Shown here: piece after piece, positions 28,474 through 40,900 of the stretch
Layout of the letters: each line of letters begins with the position of its first letter
Position numbering within the stretch: the stretch's first letter is position 1
Assembly: GCA_951406725.2 (NCBI GenBank)
Contig: OX597824.1
Span: forward strand, 76,756,001-76,820,000
Direction: 5' to 3'
DNA from: Octopus vulgaris
Taxonomy: Eukaryota
Length of the DNA: 64,000 nucleotides
Position numbers and translations under genes: made by a program
Notes under the pieces: generated by a model
Databases searched by the model: none
The model's input: the letters and a program-made list of their open reading frames with translations, nothing else
What the model was told of the DNA's origin: nothing

Positions 28474-29190
28474 TTTACGGAACACCCCCGAGACATCAGA
28501 CTCGGCAACAACAACCCGGTCTCGCGCCATTTTCGCTCTATCGGTCATTCTTTACAACACATGTCTGTATTCGGATTGTCCTTGGACAGGGGCCATCCGG
28601 ACTCCCGTCTTCGCCGTGAACTGGAATTAATCTTCTCTCTTCGCTCCTTTGCGCCATATGGGCTCAACTCCCCTCCCCTCTTCATCTAATCACCCCCTCT
28701 CTCCTCTCTTTTCATACCTACGTCCTCTCTTCACTACCACCCACCTCTCCTCTCCTCTCTTGTTCTGACACCTACTTCCTCTTTTCACTCCTACCCACTT
28801 CCCTTCCACTCTCTCCCTTCATCGTCACCCCTCCATCGTTACCCCACCCCTACACATCCCAGCCCCACCATCCCTATATATCCCATCCCATACATTCCAC
28901 TCCCACATACCCCAAAGTCAGCTGCCCCTATCCATGCACATACACACGGTCTCACACACGCACGTGCACCTTTGTTTTGGGATCACAACTACTTTATTAT
29001 CTCCCCTTCTTCCTAGCTCTCTTGTCTGACCACCTCTGTCCGGCCATCGCCATGATTGACCGCTAGCTACTAAAGCTTTCTTTTTTTTTCATTCTCTGTT
29101 TATTTTCTCGTGTTCCTTTCTGTTGAAGAGCGTAGGCTCGAAACGTAAAAGAATTTTCTCACCTTCCCGAGCGTTAAACTAATACACCTG
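28474..29190 (+). mobile_element. Penelope-like element 3' end: GIY-YIG endonuclease C-terminus, pyrimidine-rich UTR, hammerhead-type motif
   Basis: 28474-28689 reads FTEHPRDIRLGNNNPVSRHFRSIGHSLQHMSVFGL...RLRRELELIFSLRSFAPYGLN..stop (EH..PV..HF..H..E..I..P.GLN pattern; not in the ORF track). Motif CTGTTGAAGAGCGTAGGCTCGAAACGTA at 29120-29147. Confidence 0.85.
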
Positions 29191-29196
29191 ATGATG

Positions 29197-29260
<64 letters not shown>

Positions 29261-29292
29261 TAATAATAATAATAATGATAATAATAATAATA

Positions 29293-29662
29293 ATTTCAAA
29301 ATTTGGCTCAAAGACTGAAATTTTAGATGGAAGTTTTAAGTCGATTACAACGACCCCAGTGTTCAATTAACACAGTGGTTCCCAACCTGGGGTCCGGGAT
29401 TAGTACTGTGGGTTCGTGAACTAAATTCGATGTTTCATATATATATATATATACATAAGGATAAGCATATTAAAAGGGGTCCGTGGGAAAACACATTGAA
29501 ATGAAAGTGCTGGGAATCCCTGAACTAACACTTAATATATCCGTCTCGACAGGATGGAAGTAGAAACTGACCTCAGTGGAATTTGAACTTTAAACGAAGA
29601 GAACCGGAATGAATATTACTAAGTAGTCCTGTCCGACGTGCCAGAGATTCCGCCGGTGGCAA
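29293..29662 (-). mobile_element. Old group C SINE interrupted by a hAT MITE
   Basis: Diverged GTCGATTACAACGACCCCAGTG and GACCTCAGTGGAATTTGAAC motifs on either side of the MITE. Confidence 0.6.
29373..29522. mobile_element. hAT (Charlie-like) MITE
   Basis: TIRs CAGTGGTTCCCAAC and GCTGGGAATCCCTG; 8-bp TSD AATTAACA/AACTAACA. Confidence 0.8.
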
Positions 29663-29879
29663 CCCTGCAGAATAATATTATAATATTGTTAAAATAGAAA
29701 TTAATTTTCTAGTCGAGGAAAAATTGTTAAAAAAATGAATATGGTATTGAAAACAAATTTCTGGGTTTTTTTTTAATTATTTCTTTGATAATTGTATTTT
29801 AAAACAAATTTCAAATTTTGTTTCTTCCATAAATTAATATTTACAGAGTATTAGGATAGGCTATTGCGATTCATGTAGT

Positions 29880-29936
29880 CTGTTGATTGTGGTGGTGGTG
29901 GTGGTAGTGTCGGCGGCGGCGGTAGTGTTGTAGTTG

Positions 29937-29968
<32 letters not shown>

Positions 29969-30183
29969 GATTGTGGCGAGGGCGATGGTGGCGTTGTTGT
30001 TGTTGTCGGCGGTAGTGGTAATGGTGGCGGTAGTGGTGATTAGTGGTAGAGGTAGTGGTGGTGGCCGCAGCGGCGGTAGTGGTGGTGGTGGTTATCATCG
30101 TTTCCATATCGGTGTTGGCGGTGGTGGTGGCGGTGGTGGTGGCGGTGGTGGCGGTGGTAGCGGGGGCAGCGACGACGGAGACT

Positions 30184-30214
<31 letters not shown>

Positions 30215-30445
30215 CAGCAGGGATGAGGATGGTTGATGATGATTCTTGTTTTGGTCGGAGCTGGGTTAGTTGTGGCAGCGTTTGTGTTGGTGGTGGTGAC
30301 GATGAGGTTAATGCCAGGAGTGGCGGTGGTGGTCCTTGCTGGTGATTCTGGTTTCGGTGACGGTTACGGTGGTCTTGGTTTTTTCCTTTCGATGACCGTT
30401 GCCATAGTGATGTAATGGAATTTGGTGATGATGGCTGTGGTGGCA
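29880..30445. repeat. Degenerate (GGT)/(GTT)/(GCA) trinucleotide low-complexity tract
   Basis: Direct reading. Confidence 0.8.
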
Positions 30446-30959
30446 GAAATCATTACGTGACGATGGCGGTGCGCTTACCACTGATGAAAATTTTGATTCA
30501 TAGACGGAGGTCAACCCTGATCGAACAAGATTCAGACACAGACATCGTAGGCCCGTAGACCAGACAACGTGGCTCGACCCCCAACACATCAATCTCGTTA
30601 GATTTACCATAATTCCGCCTGAGGAACATAAAACTCATTCCAAAATGCAGAGACGAATCATGTGGACTGCGATGTGACTGTTTTGGCATATTGCACCGTC
30701 ACCGTTGTCCATCAATATTATGTTCACCGGAAGGTTCTGGCGCGGGCCATGGCGGATACTGGCGAAGTGGATTCACCCGTCTCATAATAGTTACTGTTCC
30801 TTGGCAATTATTGTTGACGGTATCCAAAATCAATAATCTCAATTGGAATCAATTGGGATTATTGATTATTGGCTGTTGTAGTTATTTTCGTGTGTGCATT
30901 TCTAATGATCTCTCTGTTTAAATAGGAGAGAGAAATTTTTATTACGATGTTGTTGTTCC

Positions 30960-31444
30960 TCTTCTTCCAATCAGGATTCACGCCATTAACCACAAAGAAT
31001 AATCTCTAATTCGAGGCTTCTCTAAGCTACTAAGGATGCGTGTGGCAACTTGGAGACCCACCCACCACACCCACCACACGCGATAGACTGGCGGTTGCAC
31101 GGGCGCGAAAGCTACGTTGTTATCCTCATTCCGTAAAAGGCAGCTTTTCACGGATGGAGAGCTGAACCATCCTGGGGTACAGAGGATTAGCAATCTAGAC
31201 TAGGGTCTGAAAGTTTACCACACCATAGTAAGTTACACCGGGGTTCCTCTGCTTTGTGGAAGAAAGAGTGAGAAAAAGTTGTGGTGAAAGAGTACAGCGG
31301 GCTTCATCCCCCAACCCCACCGGAGCCTCGTGGAGCTTAGGTGTTTTTGCTCAATAAACACTCACAATGCCCAGTCGAGGAATCGAAACCGCGTTCTTAC
31401 GACCGCGTGTCCGCTGCCCTAACCACAGAGCCATTGCGCCTCCA
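30960..31444 (-). mobile_element. SINE with group A head and alternative tail (second copy)
   Basis: Reverse-complement match to 25858-26310. Confidence 0.85.
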
Positions 31445-31475
31445 CCGATGTTGTTGTTCTAGTGTTCGGGTGTGA

Positions 31476-31794
31476 AGGCGCGTTGCTTGGTAGTTAGGGT
31501 ATTCGGCTGGCGATCGTAAGGTCGCGAGTTCGATTCTCGGTGGTGCGTTGTGTCCTTGACCGATACACTTTATTTCATGTTGCTCCACTGCACTCAGTTG
31601 GCAAAAATGAGCTGTACCTGTATTTCAAAATAACAGTCTATCACACTCTGCCTCACGCTGAATCTCCCCGAGAACTACGTTAAGCGTTCGCGTGTCTGTG
31701 AACTGTTCAGCCACATGCACGTTAATTTCACGACCAAACTGTTCCGTTGATTAGATCAACTGGAACCCTTATCATCGTAAGCGATGGAGTACCA
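31476..31794 (+). mobile_element. SINE with a different tRNA head/core but the group A 3' half
   Basis: B-box GAGTTCGATTCTC, core GTGTCCTTG..ACACTTTATTTCATGTTGCTCCA, then CACGCTGAATCTCCCCGAGAACTACGTTAAG shared with group A. Confidence 0.75.
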
Positions 31795-31857
31795 GTGTTC
31801 TGGTGTGTTCTATATGTGTCTAGATGTGGTTTTCCTATAGTAAGAAGTACTGTATGC

Positions 31858-32487
31858 AAGGCGGCGAGCTGGCAGAAACGTTAGTACGCCGGGCGAAATG
31901 CTTAGCGGTATTTCATCTCCCGTTACGTTCTGAGTTCAAATTCCGCAGAGGTCGACTTTGCTTTTTATCCTTTCGGAATAGATAAATTAAATACCAGTTG
32001 CATGCTGGGGGTCGATGTAATCGACTTAATCTGTTTCTCTGTCCTTCTTTGTCCTCTCTGTATTTAGCCCCTTGTGGGTAGTAAAGAAATAGGTATTTCG
32101 TCTGCCGCTACGTTATCAGTTCAAATTCCAGCTGAGGTCGACTTTGCCTTTCATCCTTTCAGAATCGATGAATAAAGCACCAATTACGCACTGGGGTCGC
32201 TGTCATCGACTTAATCCCTTTGTCTGTTCTTGCTTTTCCCCTCTATGTTTAGCCCTTTGTGGGCAATAAAGAAGAAATAAGAAACTTTAGCACGCCGGGC
32301 GAAATGCTTAGCGGTATTTCGACTGTCTTAACATTCTGAGGTCAAATTTCGCCGAGGTCGACTTTGCCTTTCATCCTTTCAGAGTCGATAAATTAAGTAT
32401 CAGCTGCGTACTGGAGTCGATCTAATCGACTGACCCTCCCCTCCCCCAAAATTTCAAGCCTTGTGCATAGAGTAGAAAAGAATATTA
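31858..32487 (+). mobile_element. SINE group C trimer
   Basis: Three head-to-tail core units; the last ends in the alternative tail CCTTGTGCATAGAGTAGAAAAG. Confidence 0.88.
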
Positions 32488-32519
32488 ATTTCAGTGTAAG
32501 GCGGCGAGCTAGCAGAAAT

Positions 32520-33120
32520 GTTTGTCGTTGTTTTTGAGTAGAAGGTATGTACGCTCTATGTGAGTCCTGTTATTGTTAACCTATTATTGTAAACCTGTTA
32601 TTTCTTGAATTGTTGAATTATTGTTATTACTTGAATTTGTTGGAATTTTTATTTGTCTTCCCCATTTATGGGCGAAGTTGTGAAGAACATCATTATGGAG
32701 AATAGACAAGTGCAAACAGGCAGTTATGCTGCGGTGACTGGGAAAAACCTGTCAGCGGAGCTACTGCAGGTCCGTGAAATAGAAGTCAAAGACAAGGACT
32801 TCAAGAAATACAACACCTTGTTGAGAAAGGAGGGAGAGAGTCTCAGACTGAATGAAATCGAAAGGGATAACGAATTTGAGACAGAGAAAATTGTGTCGGA
32901 CGAAGAGAGTGGTGAAAAATATCAGAGAAAGATACCTAGGGAGAAATTTACGAAACCTCGTAGAATAGGAAAAAAGCGTTGAAATTGAAAAGAGGGTAAC
33001 AAAAATGAAAAATGTTATCAGAGTGAAATTGGCAAACTCAGAAGGTAAGAAGGTCGTGCTGTTGGGGAGGGAAAGTGGGGAGAGATTAGTAGAACTGTTT
33101 GAAAAAAAGGAGTTGTAATA
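32520..33120 (+). mobile_element. Possible 5' end / ORF1 start of a Tx1/L1-like LINE (degenerate)
   Basis: ORF 32653-32982 contains SYAAV near the N-terminus followed by a charged segment, after a T-rich leader; weak motif only. Confidence 0.4.
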
Positions 33121-33245
33121 TCACCACTTCAGTTTAGATACGACAAGTTGCCGTCTGTTGTAATTTTCGACGATCTTATGCAATATTTGTTGTAATTGTT
33201 CAAAAATCGCAAAAGAAAAGCGAGTAAGCCATTACATCCTCATTT

Positions 33246-33685
33246 GGATCTTTTCCGTTTGAACGGCAGTTTTTTCTAGCGGTGTCACATGAAATTGTCA
33301 CCCATAATTATGACCTTAGTATCGATCTATTGCATTTCAATCTGTTTTAGGGTTAGGGTTAGTTAGGGCTAGGGTTAGGGTTAGGGGTGGGGGGAAGGGT
33401 ATCTTTTTTCTTCAGAAATGTAAATAAACCCAATCTGTTTCTTAAACGAGGGACATATTCATACAGCACAGAATGTTTTCACCCCAAATGGACGTCATTG
33501 ATTGGTTGAAATTGCAGAAATTGAAGAAAAAAAACCCAACAAATCTCATACAAACTATAGAATTTTCTCAATAAAGCCAAGAGAAAAAGATGTTTTATAA
33601 ACACATTCTACCAGTATAGGAAGTTTAAAATTTTTTACTTACCTAGAAATTATGTTAAAAACTGCCGTTCAAACCGAAAAGTTCC
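33246..33685. mobile_element. MITE with ~30-bp TIRs and internal TTAGGG repeats
   Basis: GGATCTTTTCCGTTTGAACGGCAGTTTTT and AAAAACTGCCGTTCAAACCGAAAAGTTCC; TTAGGG units at 33347-33385; shares CATTCTACCAGTATA and ATTGGTTGAAATT with the 24898 element. Confidence 0.85.
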
Positions 33686-33832
33686 ATATATATATTATCA
33701 TAGTCATAGTCCATACGATATGTGTTTTATATGTATCCCAATGTCTTGTTTAGTTTGTCCTTGTGGTGTATCCTCTTTATAAAGGGCATGTGCCTAAATA
33801 AAAGAAATCGAGCTAGTAGAAACGTTAGCACG

Positions 33833-33894
<62 letters not shown>

Positions 33895-33895
<1 letters not shown>

Positions 33896-34056
33896 GTTTG
33901 TGTGTCTGTGTTTGTACCCCCAACATCGCTTGTACAAACGATGCTGGTGTGTTTTCGTGACCGTAAAAGAGACCGATAGAATAAGTACTTACAAAGGATA
34001 AGTCCTAGGCTCGATTTGCTCAACTAAAGGCAGTGCTCCAGTATGGGCGCAGTCAA
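33895..34056 (+). mobile_element. SINE group B 3' part
   Basis: CCCCAACATCGCTTG...AAAAGAGACCGATAGAATAAGTACT...GGCAGTGCTCCAG. Confidence 0.75.
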
Positions 34057-34059
34057 CGA

Positions 34060-34236
34060 TTTTTTTCCTCTGTCTTTCCTTCTCTGGATCTTTCCTTCTC
34101 CTATGTTTCCGACGAAGAGCTCCGCTCGAAACGTTAAACCCTCCTTCTTTGCTTCTTTCCTGAGTGTCCAATAATACTATATTTGTTCCACGTTCTCGCG
34201 TTGTTGTATTTTTTTGTGCTTTCATGTTTGGATTAA

Positions 34237-34240
<4 letters not shown>
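34060..34240 (+). mobile_element. Penelope-type terminal repeat fragment with hammerhead-like motif, ending at (TA)n
   Basis: CCGACGAAGAGCTCCGCTCGAAACGTTA at 34109-34136; downstream TTCCTGAGTGTCCAATAATAC resembles 48170-48197. Confidence 0.6.
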
Positions 34241-34271
<31 letters not shown>

Positions 34272-34310
34272 TTTCCTCCAAGTAAGTTTATATATATATA
34301 TATGTATATA

Positions 34311-34347
<37 letters not shown>

Positions 34348-34661
34348 GTGTCTGTATACATATATATATATGTATGTATGTGTGTATATATATATATTAT
34401 GTATATATATATGTATATATATATGTGTGTATGCATATATATATCTCTGTGGATTGCATGTGTGTGCATTAATTAATAATTTTTTGCAATTAATGCTTTT
34501 GTTTTCTTCTTGTTATTGGTTTAAATGATTATTAGAAAACAAACAGATACAAAAGAGATAATTAATTAAGGAATGAACAAATAAGCAGTGAATTAAAAAT
34601 GTAAAAAGAAATACACTGGGGTGGGGGTGAGACCGACAGTCAGCTAGTCTTTCCTTCCCTC

Positions 34662-34692
<31 letters not shown>

Positions 34693-34699
34693 AGGCGGA

Positions 34700-35001
34700 A
34701 GGGTAAAGTGATGCGAGAATTCGAGAAGGAAGAAAATAATGGAAAATAAAAAGAAAGTAGAAGGAAAAATGAAAAGAAAGGAGAAAGGGAAGGGTGGGGG
34801 AAGAAAGAAAAAAGAAGGCAAGGAAAAAGAAAGAAAGACAGTAAAGGGGTAAAGAAAAGAATGAAAAAATGAAATAAATAGAAAGGAAGACAGGAAGGAA
34901 TGAAGAAGTGTAGGAAGAAGGACGAAATGGAGTAAAGACAGAAAGAAGGAATCAGTGGAGGAAAATGAAAGAAAGAAAGAAAAAAGAGAAGGAAGGAAGG
35001 A

Positions 35002-35061
<60 letters not shown>

Positions 35062-35260
35062 CAGAAAGAAACTGAAACTGAAGAAACAGAAACAAATATA
35101 AGACCGAAGTAAAGAAGCGAGTGATGAAAGAATGAATTATCGAATGAATCAAAGGAAGAATTGAATGAACGAAAATAAAAGGAGAAAAAGAAAAAGAAAA
35201 TATTTAGAAGCAAAAGAAAAAGAGAAGAAAATAAGGAATAAAGGAAGAAGATACTGAAAA
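34700..35260. repeat. Purine-rich low-complexity tract with (GAAA)n
   Basis: Direct reading. Confidence 0.85.
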
Positions 35261-36048
35261 AATGAGCTAACAGGGTTTTCACTTTTATTTCGAACCTTTT
35301 TTTGTTAAAAATTGAATGTACAGGTCACCAGTTTGGAGGTGCATTGTCAATTGTTTACTTTAACTTGTAGATGTTTCGCCCATTTGATGCATGTTACGAT
35401 GCTGGCAACAGTCGTATCATTTACACATAGTTTTTACACACACAGTTTACTTGTAAGAATAACTGATATCGATTTAGCAAACAAAAGCCAAGAAAACTAG
35501 CGCTGGCTTGCGTCGACAAATATGATTTAGTGATGTTTGCAAATCATGCCATGGGGAAATGAAGGTACTGGTGTTTCTAGCAAAAACTTTTATCGGAAAT
35601 AAAATTATTTTATTTTATTTATTTATCTTTGTTTTTAAAATGTTCGTGTAGTACTAAATGCTCAGCTTCCATACTCATTTAAAATATTCCCCCATGGCAT
35701 AAGACTTTATACAATTTTTTGAAATTTACCAAATAATATCGATTTGGTTGTGGCATTGCCATTTATCCCCGAGTCTCAGTTTAAAATTCTTTATTAAAAC
35801 AGCCACCAGAAAACAACCCCAAACAGGTCGCTCGACCTGCTAGAAATATCCACCAAATTATCTAAGATGTACCTTAACCCTACAATTTTTAAAAAGAAAA
35901 AGTTACACAGAACAATGTAGTTCTGATGTGCAAAAGGACGCAGCATGGCTACTGGTAAAATTCATTTCATTATCAACAGGTTCCGAGTTCAATTCTACAG
36001 TTTGGAATCTTGAGCAAGATTTTTTTTCTTTTTGCTACTTCTATGCAC

Positions 36049-36212
36049 AGGCGTGGCTGTATAGCTTAAAATGCTCCCTTTACAATCAAATGCTTTGGGG
36101 TTCAGTCCCACTGCACGGTACCTTGGGTAAGTGCCTTCTACTATAGTACTGGGCTGACCAATACATTGTGATTGAATGTGGCAGATGGAAACTGCGTAGA
36201 AATCCGTTGAAT
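36049..36212 (+). mobile_element. SINE group B 5' part, diverged
   Basis: GGTTCAGTCCCACTGCACGGTACCTTGGGTAAGTG. Confidence 0.7.
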
Positions 36213-36328
36213 ATATATATATGTCTTTACTCCATTTTGTGGCAACTGTTATAGTCTGTAGTTCTATGGTGGATATTTTGTAATAGTTCTCTAGCTACCT
36301 CTGCCACCTTCGATACGATGTATTTATA

Positions 36329-36916
36329 ATAATTCTTTCTACTATAGGCACAAGGCCTGAAATTATGGGGAAGGAGCAAGTCAATTATATCGACCCCAGT
36401 ACTCAACTGGTACTTTATTTATATACCCCAAAAGGATGAAAGGCAATGTCGACCTCGGCGGAATTTTGAACTCAGAACGTAGCGGCAGACGAAACACCTA
36501 TTTCTTTACTACCCACATGGGGCTAAACACAGAGAGGACAAACAAGGACAGACAAACGGATTAAGTCGATTGCATCGACCCCAGTGCGTAACTGGTACTT
36601 AATTTATCGACCCCGAAAGGATGAAAGGCAAAGTCGACCTCGGTGGAATTTGAACTCAGAACATAACGGCAGACGAAATACCTATTTCTTTACTACCCAC
36701 AAGGGGCTAAACATAGAGGGGACAAACAAGGACAGACAAACGGATTAAGTCGATTATATCGACCCCAGTGCGTAACTGGTACTTAACTTAATCGACCCCA
36801 AAAGGATGAAAGGCAAAGTCGACCTCGGCGGAATTTGAACTCAGAACATAGCGGCAGACGAAATACCGCTAAGCATTTCGCCCGGTGTGCTAACGATTCT
36901 GCCAGCTCGCCACCTT
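36329..36916 (-). mobile_element. SINE group C trimer
   Basis: Head at 36916; units joined at AAAGAAATAGGT; last unit has the alternative tail. Confidence 0.9.
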
Positions 36917-36930
36917 GTATTGTATGTAAT

Positions 36931-37005
<75 letters not shown>

Positions 37006-37458
37006 ATATTACTATTGTTGTTGTTGTCGTTGTTATTATTATTCATTTTGTTCATCATGTACAAGTGCATATGTATTCTTCATTATTTTAATTTATTCAA
37101 ATTTAGAAAACTTGAAATAAGTCTTTGACAATTCCGAAGCGTATTGAACTTATTTTGTGCGTGACTTTTGGCCCATTGTATATATATACATCATTTATAT
37201 TTAGCGTAAAAAAAATGTGAGCTGCTTCCTATCTCTTGCCAAAAAAGTATATGTCGAATTAGAAAACAAACATGCATTTACCAAAATACAATAATATCTG
37301 TTTTAACACGCAATTTTAGTTCAATTCTCCTGCCAAAAATACATTTATTGATAATAATGGTTTCAACAGATTGGCACCAGGCCACATGTTTCTAATGGGG
37401 GAAACGTAAACATACTCAATTGAATCGATCTTAACACATACACACGCATGCACGCATG

Positions 37459-37496
<38 letters not shown>

Positions 37497-38037
37497 TACA
37501 CGCACTCACACACACGCACTCACACACACTCGCACACGTTCCGTTTTCCTTTTTCGCAATACTGGTAACAAATCTGAGACGGGAATATGATTCCTGATGG
37601 GATTTCAACTCAGATAGTCTTAGACCCGTATTCTATCGTTTCTGACCCAATGTGGTCTGCAATATCAATAGTTCTAATAATAATGATGACGATGATGATG
37701 ATAATGAAGATGATGATGATGGTGATAATGATGATGATGATAATATAACCCTTGAAAATTTAAAAGCTTGAAATTCAACTGGTACTTATTTCATAGACCC
37801 CGAAAGAATGAAAAGTAAAGTCGACTTCGTGGAATTTGAACTCCGAACGTAAAAAGACGGGTGAAATGCTGTTAGTTCTACTTTCGCATTTGATTTATTA
37901 ATTTGTCATGCATGCTAACAATTCTGCCAGTTTGCCACCTTAATGATGACGAGGGCAACTTCGACGAAAATTAGAAATTACCAAGGCAGCTCTGTCCTAC
38001 AAAAGAGTAGCTACACTTGATGTAATTACCTCGAACT

Positions 38038-38642
38038 AAGGCGGCGAGCTGGCAGAAACGTTAGCACGCCGGGCGAAATGCTTAGCGGTATTTCGTCTGC
38101 CGCTACGTTCTGAGTTCAAATTCCGACGCGGTCCACTTTGCCTTTCATCGTTCTGGGTCGATTAAATAAATACCAATTACGCACTGTGTCGATATAATCG
38201 ATTTAATCCGTTTGTCTGTCCTTGTTTGTCCTCTCTGTGTTTAGCCCCTCGTGGGTAGTAAAGAAATAGGTATTTCGTTTGCCGCTACGTTCTGAGTTCA
38301 AATTCCGCTGAGGTCAACATTGCCTTTCATCCTTTCGGGTCCGATTAAATAAGTACCAGTTGAGTACTGGGGTCGATATAATCGACTTAATCCGTTTGTC
38401 TATCCTTGTTTCTCCCCCTCTGTGTGTAGCCACTTGTGGGCAGTAAAGAAATAGAAATAGATATTTCGTCTGCCGTTACGTTCTGAGTTCAAATTCCTCT
38501 GAGGTCGACTTTGCCTTTGATTCTTTGCGGTTCGATTAAATAAGTACCAGTTACGCACTGGGGGCGATCTAATCGACTTTATCCCTTTGTCTGTCATTGT
38601 TCCCTCTATGTTTAGCCTCCTGTGAGCAATAAAGAAAGAAAT
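38038..38642 (+). mobile_element. SINE group C trimer
   Basis: Units start TATTTCGT at ~38089, 38271 and 38462. Confidence 0.9.
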
Positions 38643-39099
38643 ACAAATACTAAGATCCAACTAGGTTAGTTGTATTTAGTTTGCAGAACGTTCCTCATTT
38701 GATATGTATTTTCTTCCAACCACGTTCTTGATGTAAATATAATTTAGTTACAATCGTAGCAGCAGTGATGAATATTCAGAGATAGCTGGAACATGGAATG
38801 GTTATGATTACGTTGAGCAGATACCATAAAATGAATAGAAACAATGCAGATTATAATTATATAACTATCAAACATGCGGCAATGGTATTTTATGGTGTTT
38901 CACTTAATTTTATCTTGTTAAAATTTATCTCATAACTTCTCAACACCTGCGACTTAATGCAATCTGTTTACAAGACGTTACCCTAATCACTCTCCGTCAT
39001 ACGATGCACTTGTATAAACCGAACACATTTTTTATTCGCCACGAGGGCAACATGAATACACAAGTCTTAAACGTTGTACCTTAATAATAATGTTTCACA

Positions 39100-39923
39100 T
39101 TTTGGCAAAAAGGTCCGCAATTTGGAGAAGTTTAGTCAATGAAACCAATCTCAATACTTGACTGGTATTTCATTTTATCGATCTCCTGAACAGATAAGAG
39201 GCAAAGTCAACACCGTCAGTTTGAAGAAATATCGCCATGAGTTTTGTTCGTTACGCTAATGGTTCTGCCAGCCGACCGCTTTTAAGAAATTAATAATAAT
39301 AATGCTTTCTACTTACTATAGGCACCAGTCTTAACTTTTAAGAGAGGGAGCTTGTTGATTACATTAACGCCAGTGCTCAACTGGTACTTATTTTATCGAC
39401 TCTGAAGGGATGAAAGACGAAGTCAGCTTCGGTGGAATTTAAACTGAAATCATTAAACCGGAAATTTAAGTTGGCGAAATAGAAACAATTAGAAACAATT
39501 ATTTAGTGATATAAAGTTGCTGTGGAACTGTGCCAGACAAGGCGACGAAACTTTTGCCACGAAATAATAATAAGCGGCATTTCGTATGTCTTTACGTCGT
39601 GGGTTCAAATTCCACCGAGGTCGACTTTGCCTTTCATCCTTTCGGGAGTCGATAAATTAAGTACCAGTTGTGTACTAGTATTGATCTAATCGACTGGGCC
39701 CCCTCCCACAAAATTTAGGACCTTGTGCATAGAGTAGAAAAGAATAAAACCGGAAGTTTGATCGAAGCCCTAATTTGTTCCGTCTCTTTACGTTCTCTGT
39801 TCAAATCACACTGAAATCTATTCTTCTTTTCGGAATAATATAAAGTAGCAGTCAAATATTAATTTCGACGGTATCGAGTAAGAACTCGCCTCTCAAAATT
39901 GTTGCCTCTGTGTGTGTGTGTGT

Positions 39924-39969
<46 letters not shown>

Positions 39970-40250
39970 TTATGCAGATCTCTATAAATGAATTCTATAT
40001 TATATGCTGGCCACTGATAAAGTCTTTATCGATTGTATCTTTTATTATTTCAAATTTTGGCACAAGCCCATTAATTACGGGAAAGTGTGTAAATCGATTA
40101 CAACGATCCCAGTGCTCAGCTGGTAATTATTTTATCGATTCGAATGGATGAAAGGCAATGTCGACCTCGGTAGAATTTGAACTCAGAGTGTAAATGACGA
40201 AATTCAGCTAAGAATTTTGCCCGACGTGATAATGATTCTGCCAGCTTGCT
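39100..40250. mobile_element. Cluster of diverged group C SINE copies (~39100-39280 -, 39305-39450 -, 39573-39745 +, 40045-40250 -)
   Basis: Recurring GGATGAAAGGCAAAGTCGACC / GGTACTTATTTTATCGAC core motifs. Confidence 0.7.
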
Positions 40251-40274
40251 GACACACATACCTTCATATGTCAA

Positions 40275-40736
40275 TCTATATATATAAAGCTGAAGTGTTT
40301 TGTGTGTGTGTGTGTGTGTGTGTGGCAGGTTTGGTATCCTTCAACTGACACTATCTCCTCTGATACCCTGCAGCGCAAGTTGATCAAAATTGAGAATATG
40401 ATAGAAGAAGGCTTGCTCTTCGTTTCGTAGTAGAAAAAATTCAAATCGGACCATGTTAACACCCAAAATTATTTACATCAAAAAGGTGGGGGTTTTTCTA
40501 TGAAAATCCCTATCTTTTTACGATTTTTCGACTGCTGTGTCGCCATTTTTCGGTGTATTTTTAACAACAACTGAAGTCGGCATTACACATTTGCAGCACA
40601 TTCAGAGCAATCTCGAGCATCGCCACACTATACTTTCATTTATAGAGTGAAACGATGTCAAAACTTTGTTAACGCGACATCAAAGTCTGTCATTTTAAGC
40701 GCAACTAAAAAAAGCAACGCCGGGCTATACTGCTAG
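40275..40736 (+). mobile_element. Non-autonomous Helitron
   Basis: 5' TCTATATATATAAA, 3' GCAACGCCGGG...TGCTAG; sits between A and T without a TSD; second copy at 41887. Confidence 0.8.

Positions 40737-40900
<164 letters not shown>

Noticed and set aside
36329-38642. Regularly spaced repeats suggestive of a CRISPR array
   Set aside because: Units are whole ~180-bp SINE bodies without unique spacers, in eukaryotic DNA with no cas genes.
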